64,000 bases of DNA from contig OZ245777.1 in NCBI GenBank assembly GCA_965227775.1, positions 2,784,001 to 2,848,000 on the forward strand, written 5' to 3'. This stretch comes from Phycisphaerales bacterium. GTDB lineage: Bacteria; Planctomycetota; Phycisphaerae; Phycisphaerales; UBA1924. The notes under the pieces were generated by a model that worked only from the letters and a program-made list of their open reading frames with translations, had not been told where the DNA came from and made no database searches. A program made the translations under genes and the position numbers. This document shows positions 9,971-18,619 of the stretch, piece by piece (the stretch's first letter is position 1; each line of letters starts with the position of its first letter).

Positions 9971-11124
9971 GGTCCGGTGTCCTCGCTGCGTTGGCGGGCG
10001 TCGACGCCCACCGATGCGGTCCGAGCCTCGTCGTGTGCCGACCACTCGAGCGCGGCCAGCACCGAGGCGAGTGGAACGAGCTTGAAGTTCTGCGTGCTCC
10101 CGGGGTTCTCGTCGTCCTGGACGACCAGCAGGCCGCCGGGCAGTCCGGGGCCGAAGCCGCCGGCGTGGACGGCCAGCCCGTCGGTGTGGGTCACGGCGTC
10201 GATGCTCTGCGAGTCGCCGCCCGCGCCAACACGAAACGAGCCGACGAAGCGGTTCGGGTAGGCGCGCTCGAACGCGTCGAAGCGATCGGCCGACTGGCTG
10301 GAGACCAGCAGCAGGCCATCGGTCGCGCCAAACCGCGCGATGTCCACGCCCTCGACGTCGGCGGTCAGAAGGCCGTGCGGCTCGACGAGCTCGACCGGCT
10401 CGCGCTCGTGGTCGCTCTCCTCGAGCGAGAACGGATGGTCTTCATCGATCGTCCACGGCTCGGCGTGGTACCGCCACAGCCCGGTGCGCTCCTCGCCCAC
10501 GTAGAGCCAGCCCAGGTCGTCGTCGGCGGCCATGCCCTCGGGCTGGCCACCGATCTGGAACGAACGCACGAGCGCCGCCCCGATCGTGGGCCGCAGCGGC
10601 GAGCCCTCGGCGAAGAGGCGCCACTGCTCGACGCGGCCGGCCTTGTCGTTGATGAACACGTGCGCGTGCCCGGTCGACGCGCTGTGGTGCAGGCAGAGGC
10701 CGTACGCCTCGCGCAGCTCGGTCCGGAAGAGCCGAGCGCCGACTTCCACCAGTGCGCCAGACGCCGTGAGCTCGAACAGGCGGAACGTATCGTCCTGCCG
10801 GTCGCTGCTGGCGACGATCGTCATGGCGCGGAAGCCCGGCGACAGTACGACGTCGGCACGCAGGTCGACGTTGTTCTGCGGCCCGATCTCGTAGAACTCG
10901 AGCAACGAGCCGTCGAGGCGGTAGACGCCCAGGCCCGCCTTCTTGTCCGTGCCGATGATCAGGCCGGCGCTCGGGTCGGTCGGGTGCGCCCAAATCGCGG
11001 CATCATCGGCCGCGTCGTCGTTCGTGGGCACCGGCGTCGTCTCGGCGACGGGCGCGACGAGCGGTACGGGATCCGTGCCAACGCTCGAGTGATCAACGGT
11101 CGCGATCGCGAGCACGCACCCCAT
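9967..11124 (-). CDS. Beta-propeller phytase (3-phytase); start uncertain
   Basis: [67 protein letters not shown]. Confidence 0.88.
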   Translation of the reverse strand: MGCVLAIATVDHSSVGTDPVPLVAPVAETTPVPTNDDAADDAAIWAHPTDPSAGLIIGTDKKAGLGVYRLDGSLLEFYEIGPQNNVDLRADVVLSPGFRAMTIVASSDRQDDTFRLFELTASGALVEVGARLFRTELREAYGLCLHHSASTGHAHVFINDKAGRVEQWRLFAEGSPLRPTIGAALVRSFQIGGQPEGMAADDDLGWLYVGEERTGLWRYHAEPWTIDEDHPFSLEESDHEREPVELVEPHGLLTADVEGVDIARFGATDGLLLVSSQSADRFDAFERAYPNRFVGSFRVGAGGDSQSIDAVTHTDGLAVHAGGFGPGLPGGLLVVQDDENPGSTQNFKLVPLASVLAALEWSAHDEARTASVGVDARQRSEDTGP

Positions 11125-11432
11125 CGACAGCCAGCACAGTCCAACCAATGCACGGTCCTCCCCGGGGGGCCCTGGCCTTGCCACGGGCGCGGGCCCGCGG
11201 CATGCCGCATGGTTGAGCGACCGACCGCGTGGGCCCACGGCCGGTCCGATCCTTCACCGAAGCTTCGCGCTGCTTGAACACAATGGGCGCTCGCGAACGC
11301 GAGTCCGCGTGCCGTGCATGGACCGCGTCGAGCGGGCGTTCGCCAGCAGCGTCGCGCCATCGCCCGCGTTGGGTAGGTTCTCGGAAGTGGCTCGTGGGGT
11401 CGGGCCGGTTGGCGGCGGGGCTCGATCGGCTC

Positions 11433-11810
11433 TTGATGGCCCTCCGTCAGTTCCTGATGGAGCTCCATGAGTCGTTGACGGACGGCGATCGGCTCCTGAT
11501 GGGCCTCGATGAACGACTGATGGACGGCGATCAGCTCCTGATCGCCCTCCATCAACGACCGATCGTCTTCCATCAGCTCTTGATCGGCCTCCATGAACTC
11601 CTGATCGGCCTCCGTCAACGACTGATCGGCCTCCATGAACTCTTGATCGGCCTCCATCAACGACTGATCGGCCTCCATGAGCTCCTGATCGGCCTCCGTC
11701 AACGACTGATCGGCCTCCATGAGCTCCTGATGCTCGACGATCAGCTCTTGATGGAGCTCCATGAACGACTGATGCTCGACGATCAACGACTGATCGTCGA
11801 GCATCAACGC
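11433..11810. repeat. Tandem array of 18 x 21-nt quasi-palindromic units
   Basis: Units such as CTGATCGGCCTCCATGAGCTC and CTGATCGGCCTCCGTCAACGA, with no indels over 378 nt; open as heptads on both strands (LIGLHEL / MEADQEL). Confidence 0.95.
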
Positions 11811-11896
11811 TTCCTGGGGGCGCCAGGGCGGTTTTTCTATGGGACGAGGGGGATGGCCCGGGGGTGCGGGGTTCTGGGACTCGCTGCACGGCCGAC

Positions 11897-12002
11897 TGCG
11901 TCGGGGTCACTCGCGTCCCCGCTGCCAGCGGGAGAGCTGCCGAGGTCTGCCGACGCCGAGCGGGTCTTTGCCCTACGACTCGCGTTTCCGAGCGATCGGC
12001 AC
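11897..12002. repeat. Left arm of a long degenerate inverted repeat
   Basis: Aligns by eye to the reverse complement of 16741-16858 (TGCGTCGGGG..TCACTCG..CCCC.CT.CCAGC..GAG.GCTG.C.AGG...). Confidence 0.65.
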
Positions 12003-12176
12003 TACTCCTGGGCATTTGGAAACAGTCGGACACCCTAAAAACGGCCACCCCCGCTCTGCCGCGCCCATGGGCGTAGCGCAGCCCGGTGGATGCGCAGCAC
12101 CTCGGTCGGAGCGGCGCAGGCGTGTCAGAGTGTGTTGCAACGATGCTCGACTCGGTGTTGTACGCGGGTTTGGAGA

Positions 12177-15100
12177 TCATTCATCTTTCTTGAGCAGACC
12201 ATGTCGCATCAGACACTCGATTGCAGAATGCACGACCGGGTCATCTTCGGGTCGTGTGCCCGCCTTCTTGTGCAGACGAAAAAGGTTGCTTAGTCGCGAT
12301 CCAAGCTTCTCGCCAAACACGGACGGCAGCGCATCGGTGAGCCCAACCGAGAGCGTGACAGACTCCTGCGCGGCCGCTAGGGCGTCCTCGTTACGCCCCA
12401 GATCGCGCAGCCTGCCGCCGAGGTTGTTCACGCTCGACGCCAGATCCGGCAGGAAGGCGTCCGGACGAGCCGCCGCCAAGGTGCGGTAGTGGTCGACGGC
12501 CTCCCGCGTGGCCGCCAGGGCGTCCTCGCGATGTCCCAGTGCGCTTAGCCTGTTGCCGAGGTTGTTCACGCTCGACGCCAGATCCGGCAAGAACGCATCC
12601 GGACGAGCTGCCGCCAAGGCGCGGAAGTGGTCGACGGCCTCCCGCGTGGCCGTCAGGGCATCCTCGCGATGTCCCAGTGCGCTTAGCCTGGTGCCGAGGT
12701 TGTTCAGGCTCATCGCCAGATCCGGCAAGAACGCATCCGGGCGAGTCGCCGCCAAGGTACGGTAGTGGTCGACGGAATCTCGCGCTGCAGCCAGGGCGTC
12801 CTCGCGATGCCCTAGATCGCTCAGGATTGAGCCGAGGTTGTTCAGGCTCATCGCCAGATCCGGCAAAAACGCATCCGGGCGAGTCGCCGCCAGGGTGCGG
12901 TAGTGGTCGACCGACTCCCGCGTGGCCGCCAGGGCGTCCTCGCGACGCCCCAGATCGCTCAGCCTGTTGCCGAGGTTGTTCAGGCTCATCGCCAGATCCG
13001 GCATAAAGGCGTCCGGGCGAGTCGCCGCCAGGGTGCGGTAGTGGTCGACAGCCTCCTGCGTGGCCGCCAGGCCGTCCTCGCGATGCCCCAGATCGCTCAG
13101 CATCGCGCCGAGGTTGTTCAGGCTCGCCGCCAGATCCGGCAAGAAGGCGTCCGGACGAGCCGCAGCCAAATTACGTCCGACATCGACGGCCTCTCGCGTG
13201 GCCGCCAGGGCGTCCTCGCGATGCCCCAGATAGCTCAGCCTGGCGCCGAGGTTGTTCAGGCTCAACGCCAGAACCGGCAGGAAGGCGTCCGGGCGAGTCG
13301 CCGCCAGGGTGCGGTAGTGGTCGACGGAATCCCGCGCTGCAGCCAAGGCGTCCTCCCGATGCCCCAGATCGCTCAGCCTGTTGCCGAGGTTGTTCAGGCT
13401 CGCCGCCAGATAGGGCAAGAACACGTCCGGACGAGCCGCCGTCAAGGTCTGGTAGTGGTCGACCGACTCCCGCGAGGCCGCCAGGGCGTCCTCCCGATGC
13501 CCCAGAGCGCCCAGCGAATTGCCCAGGTTGTTCAGGCTCATCGCCAGATCCGGCAGGAAGGCGTCCGGGCGAGTCGCCGCCAGGGTGCGGTAATGGTCGA
13601 CGGACTCCCGCGTGGCCGCCAGGGCGTCCTCGCGACGCCCCAGATCACTCAACCTGTTGCCGAGGTCGTTCAGCAGGGCTGCGCGGCCTTGATCATCGAG
13701 ATCACTATCCAATAGGCGTTGCAGCGCCCAGACGGCGTAACGGCGCAAGGCGACCGTTTGCTCGGGAATGAGGTCATTCGTCGCGACCGCAACCGGCAAC
13801 GTCCATGCCTCATCGATCGCCTCCAGCCGATCGGTCAGCAGATTGGCCAGCGTGCTGAACGCCGTCTCACGACCGAGCGTGAGCACGGCCTCGATCAGCG
13901 GTTGCGCGCACCGCTGAACGTTGGTGTCGAGCAGTCGCTCGGCCCAAGCCGCAGCCCGGTCGTGCCCACGCCACGCGAGGCGGCCAAGCACCACGAACGC
14001 GTTCGACAGCTCCTGCTCCGTCGCGTCGATCGCGGCATCGGGCAGGAAGGAAACCGGGCTGTGCGGGCTCGCCAGCACCGAAGCCACGAGCGACTCGCCG
14101 AGCAGGTCGGGCTCGAGGGACCCGATGTACGGCGGATTCGGCGCGGAGCGGTCTCCAGGATACAAGCCGTGCAGGACCCGCAGGAAGGCGCTGCCTGGCG
14201 CCCCCACGCGTTCGGCGAGGGCTTCGGCCCGCTCGCGGTCGTCGACCCCGCCACGCAGCGTGATCGCTGCCACGAGCCTGGCTGCTCCGTCGGCGAACTC
14301 CTGCATCTCTACGTCGCTGCCGGCTTCGGGCCCGGCCCGGTGCATCCACACTCGCCGCTCGTGCACCACGATCTCGTCCAGCAGCGACACAGGCTCGATG
14401 GCGAGCCCTTCGACCGCAGCAAGTGCCGCAGCGGACACGTAGAGCGGGCGGCCGAAGTTCTCATGGCCCAGGTCGGGGGTGGTCGCTGGCGTGGGCTTGC
14501 CCTGCCGCTGCGCGAAGGCGCTGACGGCCTTGGCGAACAGGTCGCCGCGGGCGTCGCCCTCGAGGCTCATCGGCGGCAGGTGCAGCCGGGGGCAGGGCCC
14601 CATCGCCTTGTCGACCGCCTGGAGCCACTCGCCCTCGTTGCGCGCCAGCAGTGCGATCCGCAGGGGTTGAGCGCCTCGTTGCTCGAGCCGCCGGTCGATG
14701 TGGTCGAGCAGCATCGGGAGCGTCGTGCGAACCTCAGCATAATCGACCACGATGCAGGCCGGCCGCGGATCGTCGAGCACCCCATCGATGTCGCCGACCG
14801 GTGCGTTGTCGCGCAGGAAGCCCGCGTTCCAGCCTTGGTCGCGGAGCTGCTGGCCCCACTCAACCATGAGCCGCGTCTTTCCGGCACCGCCCTGGCCGAG
14901 CACGACGCGGACGATGTCGCCGTTGCCTTCCGTGCTGCGCCAGGATTCCAGGTGTGCGATCGCCTGTTCGTGCACTTCGGGCACAAACTCGACCACGCGG
15001 TGGCGAGCCACCAGCAGGGAAGCCGGCGAGAAGGCTTCGGGGAGAGGGCTCGTGCCCTCGCGGAGGATCCGCTCTCGGCCGCGCGGTTCGAGGTTCTCGC

Positions 15101-16091
15101 GCAGCAACCTCAGAAGCACCTCGGCGGCCGCCCGCGCCGCGAACGGCCTGAACCCACGATGACGCTCTGGCTCGGCGTGGTCCATCACGCCCTTGACGAC
15201 GATGTGGTGCCGCACGTCCTGGAGCTTAGCGACCAGGCCGATGACCGAGGCCTCCATCTCCAAACCGGCCACAAGACGCTTCTGATCAGCCAGGCGGTCC
15301 CAGATATCGACGTCACGCACGAGATTCGCACCGGTGCCGATGGGCTTGACCTGGATTCGCCAGGCCTCTTGGGTCGGAAGCGAGCCGGCGTTGTCGATGA
15401 GGGCCGCCTCGATGCGTTCTCGGCCCGCGTCGGTGAGCGTGAGCCTGCCGCTCTGGAGAGCGACCTCGGGCACGTCTCCGGTGCGAAGCGCCGGCACAAC
15501 TTCTCCCCAATCCGGGCAGAGCATTTTCCTCTGGGCGTGCTGCATCGGGTCGCGACCCTCGTAGCACTCGCGCAAGACCCAAAGGGCTTGGAGTTGCCTG
15601 TCTAGCGGGCGCTCGTTCAGCCATGCAGGTTGCGGCTTGAAGATCAGTTCTTCCGCGCAACGCTTCCACGACGGCCGAAGGTTGTACGACACGCCCTCGG
15701 CACGATACTTCGGTGCTTTGCCGGGCTCGGTGTTCTCTTGCTCACCCTCGTCGTACCGCCAGAGCTGGTCGGCCACGATCACGTCACCTAGACACGTCCA
15801 GCCCGGTCGCCCGGCGCAGACCCCGCTCATCGCCACGCACTGGGGCCTGAAGAAGGCAACGAGCTGCGCCGCGGCATTCATCGCGGCGTCCGTGCCCATC
15901 TTGAACGGGCGGCACAGCACCACTCGCAGCGGCTTCCCGTTCCGGGTCTCAAAGTCTCTCGCATGCAACGGCAGCTGGAAGCCGTCAGGACCGTCGACGG
16001 CAGTCCAGCTGCCGATGCCACCTTCGACCACCTGGCGAACGGCGTCGTCTTCTCCCTCAGCGGCCGTGATGATAACGACATCGATTCCCAC
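12177..16091 (-). CDS. NLR-like protein: nucleoside phosphorylase (PNP_UDP_1/MTAN-like) domain, P-loop STAND-like NTPase and 10 x 46-aa TPR repeats
   Basis: IITAAEGE, GVCAG..GDVIVA, GLEMEA, KGVMDHA; Walker A GQGGAGKT and Walker B IVVDYAE; GTG start with GGAGG RBS. Confidence 0.9.
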   Translation of the reverse strand: MGIDVVIITAAEGEDDAVRQVVEGGIGSWTAVDGPDGFQLPLHARDFETRNGKPLRVVLCRPFKMGTDAAMNAAAQLVAFFRPQCVAMSGVCAGRPGWTCLGDVIVADQLWRYDEGEQENTEPGKAPKYRAEGVSYNLRPSWKRCAEELIFKPQPAWLNERPLDRQLQALWVLRECYEGRDPMQHAQRKMLCPDWGEVVPALRTGDVPEVALQSGRLTLTDAGRERIEAALIDNAGSLPTQEAWRIQVKPIGTGANLVRDVDIWDRLADQKRLVAGLEMEASVIGLVAKLQDVRHHIVVKGVMDHAEPERHRGFRPFAARAAAEVLLRLLRENLEPRGRERILREGTSPLPEAFSPASLLVARHRVVEFVPEVHEQAIAHLESWRSTEGNGDIVRVVLGQGGAGKTRLMVEWGQQLRDQGWNAGFLRDNAPVGDIDGVLDDPRPACIVVDYAEVRTTLPMLLDHIDRRLEQRGAQPLRIALLARNEGEWLQAVDKAMGPCPRLHLPPMSLEGDARGDLFAKAVSAFAQRQGKPTPATTPDLGHENFGRPLYVSAAALAAVEGLAIEPVSLLDEIVVHERRVWMHRAGPEAGSDVEMQEFADGAARLVAAITLRGGVDDRERAEALAERVGAPGSAFLRVLHGLYPGDRSAPNPPYIGSLEPDLLGESLVASVLASPHSPVSFLPDAAIDATEQELSNAFVVLGRLAWRGHDRAAAWAERLLDTNVQRCAQPLIEAVLTLGRETAFSTLANLLTDRLEAIDEAWTLPVAVATNDLIPEQTVALRRYAVWALQRLLDSDLDDQGRAALLNDLGNRLSDLGRREDALAATRESVDHYRTLAATRPDAFLPDLAMSLNNLGNSLGALGHREDALAASRESVDHYQTLTAARPDVFLPYLAASLNNLGNRLSDLGHREDALAAARDSVDHYRTLAATRPDAFLPVLALSLNNLGARLSYLGHREDALAATREAVDVGRNLAAARPDAFLPDLAASLNNLGAMLSDLGHREDGLAATQEAVDHYRTLAATRPDAFMPDLAMSLNNLGNRLSDLGRREDALAATRESVDHYRTLAATRPDAFLPDLAMSLNNLGSILSDLGHREDALAAARDSVDHYRTLAATRPDAFLPDLAMSLNNLGTRLSALGHREDALTATREAVDHFRALAAARPDAFLPDLASSVNNLGNRLSALGHREDALAATREAVDHYRTLAAARPDAFLPDLASSVNNLGGRLRDLGRNEDALAAAQESVTLSVGLTDALPSVFGEKLGSRLSNLFRLHKKAGTRPEDDPVVHSAIECLMRHGLLKKDE
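12306..13685 (-). repeat. Intragenic 138-nt tandem repeats (10 copies) encoding TPRs
   Basis: CGCCAGATCCGGCA recurs at 138-nt spacing, e.g. 12438 and 12576. Confidence 0.95.
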
Positions 16092-16225
16092 AGGACCCCT
16101 CCGATTGCTCGAAGCGTACCTTGGCATTTGTGGCAAGTCTTTCTTCGGGCTGGCAAAAGTCCAGCCCCCCTCTTTCAGGGGATGCGACGTCGACTTTCTT
16201 GGTTTCCAAGCCGCCCGGCGCCTTC

Positions 16226-16255
16226 TTGTAACAAAGCACCGGCAAACGTGATAAT
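16226..16255 (+). promoter_or_regulatory. Possible sigma70-type promoter for the HTH gene
   Basis: TTGTAA-N18-GATAAT in an AT-richer divergent intergenic region. Confidence 0.3.
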
Positions 16256-16281
16256 CTCCATTCGTTTGAGACTGAAACAAG

Positions 16282-16665
16282 ATGGAACCTCGCAACGCCA
16301 AGCAAGCAGCTTCAATCCTCCGACTCATCTCGCAGGGCCACGGGTACGCGCAGATCGTCGATCGCTTGCCCGGCGTGACCTACAACGACATCTTCGCTGC
16401 CGCCGGCGAGGCCCTCGCGGCAATGGAGAGCGGCGGCACGCACACCAGCTACGTCGAAACCGTCCGACAGACGCACCAACGGGCCTACAAGCCGTGGGAC
16501 GACGAGGAGGACACCGAGCTCATCGGGCTACATCAAGAGGGCTGGACTAACCGGAAGATTGCCGAACACCTTGGTCGGCAGACTGGCGCGATCTCGTCAA
16601 GGATCAGCAAGCTGGGGCTCAGGAGGAGTGAGTCGCCGCACGATCCGACCGCTAGACCGATCTAA
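16282..16665 (+). CDS. Small protein with two helix-turn-helix-like regions
   Basis: N-terminal ILRLISQGHGYAQIVDRLPGVTYNDI (DUF433-like); C-terminal PWDDEED..L..GWTNRKIAEHLGRQTGAISSRISKLGL (Myb/GcrA-like). Confidence 0.75.
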   Translation: MEPRNAKQAASILRLISQGHGYAQIVDRLPGVTYNDIFAAAGEALAAMESGGTHTSYVETVRQTHQRAYKPWDDEEDTELIGLHQEGWTNRKIAEHLGRQTGAISSRISKLGLRRSESPHDPTARPI

Positions 16666-16740
16666 TCACCCTTTCCCGAAACCTCCGCATCGCCTCAACG
16701 TTCAGCGCCAACCGCTCGGGTAGCCGACGCCCCGTGCCAG

Positions 16741-16858
16741 GCGCCAACGCTCTCGCACGCTTGGGTCGACGGAGCAATGCCCCCATCAGCCTCGAAACGC
16801 CTTGACAGCCCTCTGCTGGGAGGGGGGGAACGAGTGAGACGCCCTCGGCCCCGACGCA
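16741..16858. repeat. Right arm of a long degenerate inverted repeat
   Basis: Reverse complement aligns with 11897-12002, with an 11-nt insertion. Confidence 0.65.
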
Positions 16859-17195
16859 CGCTCCCGAGACCGCACGACGGCACCTCTCGACACAGTTCCG
16901 GCTAGTCCACCGCACTCGTCCATTCCGTTTCCGATTGCGAGAACATGGGTCGCGGCCCCACATGACCCGTCGTTGACCGTACCCCATCGTGCGTGAGTGC
17001 CGAGACGATGTGGTCCAAGCTGATCCATGTCGCGATTCCCATCCCCTAAATCGGGGATTTTGAAAGACCTGCGCGCAAAACACTGAATCCCGATCAAGAT
17101 CAACGCGATACCCGCTTCCAGCCGGGCGGCGTGGTTGCCCGCGAGTGCAGGAACCCGCCCTGGACCACATTCCAAGGCAACCAAAGGAGGCGGCT

Positions 17196-17882
17196 ATGTC
17201 CCGGACCCCGAACAGCGATTCGCAATTCGTCACCTGGGCCAGCGACCACGTCACCGTCTGGGCCGGCAACGGAACCCCGCCCAACATCGGCCTGACCACC
17301 GAGCAGGTCGCCGCCGCCCAGGCGCTCGTCGACGACGCCGAGAGCAAGCTCGACGCCCAGCGCGCGGCGCGAGACGCCGCCAAGGCCGCGACCGCCGAGA
17401 AGGACACCAGCGTCGACGCCCTGCGCGCCGCCATCGGCGGGCTCATCGGCATCATCGACGGCTACGCCAAGAACACCGCCGACCCGGACGTCTACGCCCG
17501 GGCCCAGATCGATGCGCCCAGGCCCGCCGCCCCGCGCACCGATGCGCCCACCCCCACCGACGTGCAGGCCTCGCTCCTCAACGACGGCACCGTCGAGTTC
17601 CGCTTCCGCGTGGCCAGCGGCGGCGGCGCCGTGTACCTCGTCCAGCGGCAGACCGTCTCGGCGACCGGCGAGGAGGGCCAGTTCGAGAACATCGGCCAGG
17701 CGGACGACCTCAAGCGCTACTTCGACACCAGCGTGCCGACCGGCGTCCGCTCGGTCTCCTACCGCGCCCAGACGCGCCTGACCAACGGCGAGCTGAGCGA
17801 CTGGTCCGAGACGGCAACGGTCCGCTTCGGCACCGGTGCCGGCACCGGCAGCGCCGCCACCGGCGAGTCAAAGGCCGCGTAA
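17196..17882 (+). CDS. Uncharacterised protein: helical/coiled N-terminal domain plus Fn3-like C-terminal domain
   Basis: AAGGAGG RBS and GC3-rich codons; Ala-rich amphipathic helices, then a beta-rich region ending YRAQTRLTNGELSDWSETATVRFG; no signal peptide. Confidence 0.82.
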   Translation: MSRTPNSDSQFVTWASDHVTVWAGNGTPPNIGLTTEQVAAAQALVDDAESKLDAQRAARDAAKAATAEKDTSVDALRAAIGGLIGIIDGYAKNTADPDVYARAQIDAPRPAAPRTDAPTPTDVQASLLNDGTVEFRFRVASGGGAVYLVQRQTVSATGEEGQFENIGQADDLKRYFDTSVPTGVRSVSYRAQTRLTNGELSDWSETATVRFGTGAGTGSAATGESKAA

Positions 17883-17911
17883 GCGCGAAAGCGACAATCC
17901 AATTTCTCACG

Positions 17912-17935
17912 CGGGCCCGACGGGGCCCGCTTTTC
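17912..17935 (+). terminator. Rho-independent terminator
   Basis: GCGGGCCC-GACG-GGGCCCGC followed by TTTT. Confidence 0.75.
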
Positions 17936-17959
17936 GTTACGCTGGCCGTACGCTGTGCC

Positions 17960-18616
17960 ATGCCCCCACCCGCATCCGCTCCCATCATCATCGCCACCGC
18001 CAACCCCGGCAAAGTCGCCGAGTTGCGGCCGATCTTCGCCGAGCTGGGCATCGAGGTCGTCGGGCTGAAAGACCTCGACACCCCAACCACCGAGCCGGAA
18101 GAAACCGGCGACACGTTCGAGGCCAACGCGACCATCAAGGCCATCGCCTACGCCAGGCAGACCGGCACACGCTGCCTGGCCGACGACTCGGGGCTGGTCG
18201 TCGAGGCGCTCGGGGGCGCGCCGGGCGTGATCTCGAGCCATTACAGCACGGATGGCAAGGATGACCCGCGGCCACGCGGCGAGCGCGATGCGGCGAACAA
18301 CGCGCGGCTGCTGCGCGAGCTGGAGGGCGTGCCCGATGAGCAGCGCACGGCGCGGTTTGTGTGCGTCATGGTGCTGGCCGATGCGCAGGGCAACGTCCTG
18401 GCAACCAGCGAGGGCGCGTTCGAGGGGCGCATCGGGCATGCGCCGCGGGGCGAGGGCGGGTTCGGCTACGACCCGTTGTTCCTGGTTCGTGACGATCCGG
18501 TGGCGCCCGCATTCGACCGCACGAGCGCCCAGATGCCTCCGAACGAGAAGAACGCCATCAGCCACCGGGCCCAGGCCGCGCACCGCATGGCCGACGCCAT
18601 CGCAGCGCTACGGTAA
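17960..18616 (+). CDS. rdgB: Non-canonical purine NTP pyrophosphatase (RdgB/HAM1)
   Basis: ATANPGKVAE, EETGDTFEANA, ADDSGL, GFGYDPLF, EKNAISHR. Confidence 0.95.
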   Translation: MPPPASAPIIIATANPGKVAELRPIFAELGIEVVGLKDLDTPTTEPEETGDTFEANATIKAIAYARQTGTRCLADDSGLVVEALGGAPGVISSHYSTDGKDDPRPRGERDAANNARLLRELEGVPDEQRTARFVCVMVLADAQGNVLATSEGAFEGRIGHAPRGEGGFGYDPLFLVRDDPVAPAFDRTSAQMPPNEKNAISHRAQAAHRMADAIAALR

Positions 18617-18619
18617 ACC

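Noticed and set aside
11433..11810. CRISPR array or TIGR-type guide array
   Set aside because: The units are contiguous 21-mers with no unique spacers, and no cas or Nop-domain gene is present in the window
12046..12100. Possible third copy of the 65-nt hairpin repeat (ACCCCCGCTC...GCCCGGTG)
   Set aside because: Only two short blocks match and the hairpin is not preserved, so it cannot be separated from chance in GC-rich sequence
10959..12180. Overlapping long ORFs across the array (10959-11807 -, 11229-12038 +, 11254-12180 -) as confident genes
   Set aside because: They are open mainly because of the repeat and the high GC content. Outside the array the translations look non-coding and overlap the phytase gene, so the minus-strand heptad peptide is kept only as a hypothesis in the findings
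12306..13685. Diversity-generating retroelement acting on the TPR repeats
   Set aside because: No reverse transcriptase is present, and the differences between repeats are not confined to adenines
16652..17455. Minus-strand 267-aa ORF and the 17135-18616 'fusion' ORF
   Set aside because: The first is an antisense shadow of the Fn3-like gene; the second is an off-frame upstream extension of rdgB
17960..18616. rdgB as part of the nucleotide-degrading defence module
   Set aside because: It is a standard housekeeping gene that lies beyond the terminator and runs into an unrelated dioxygenase operon
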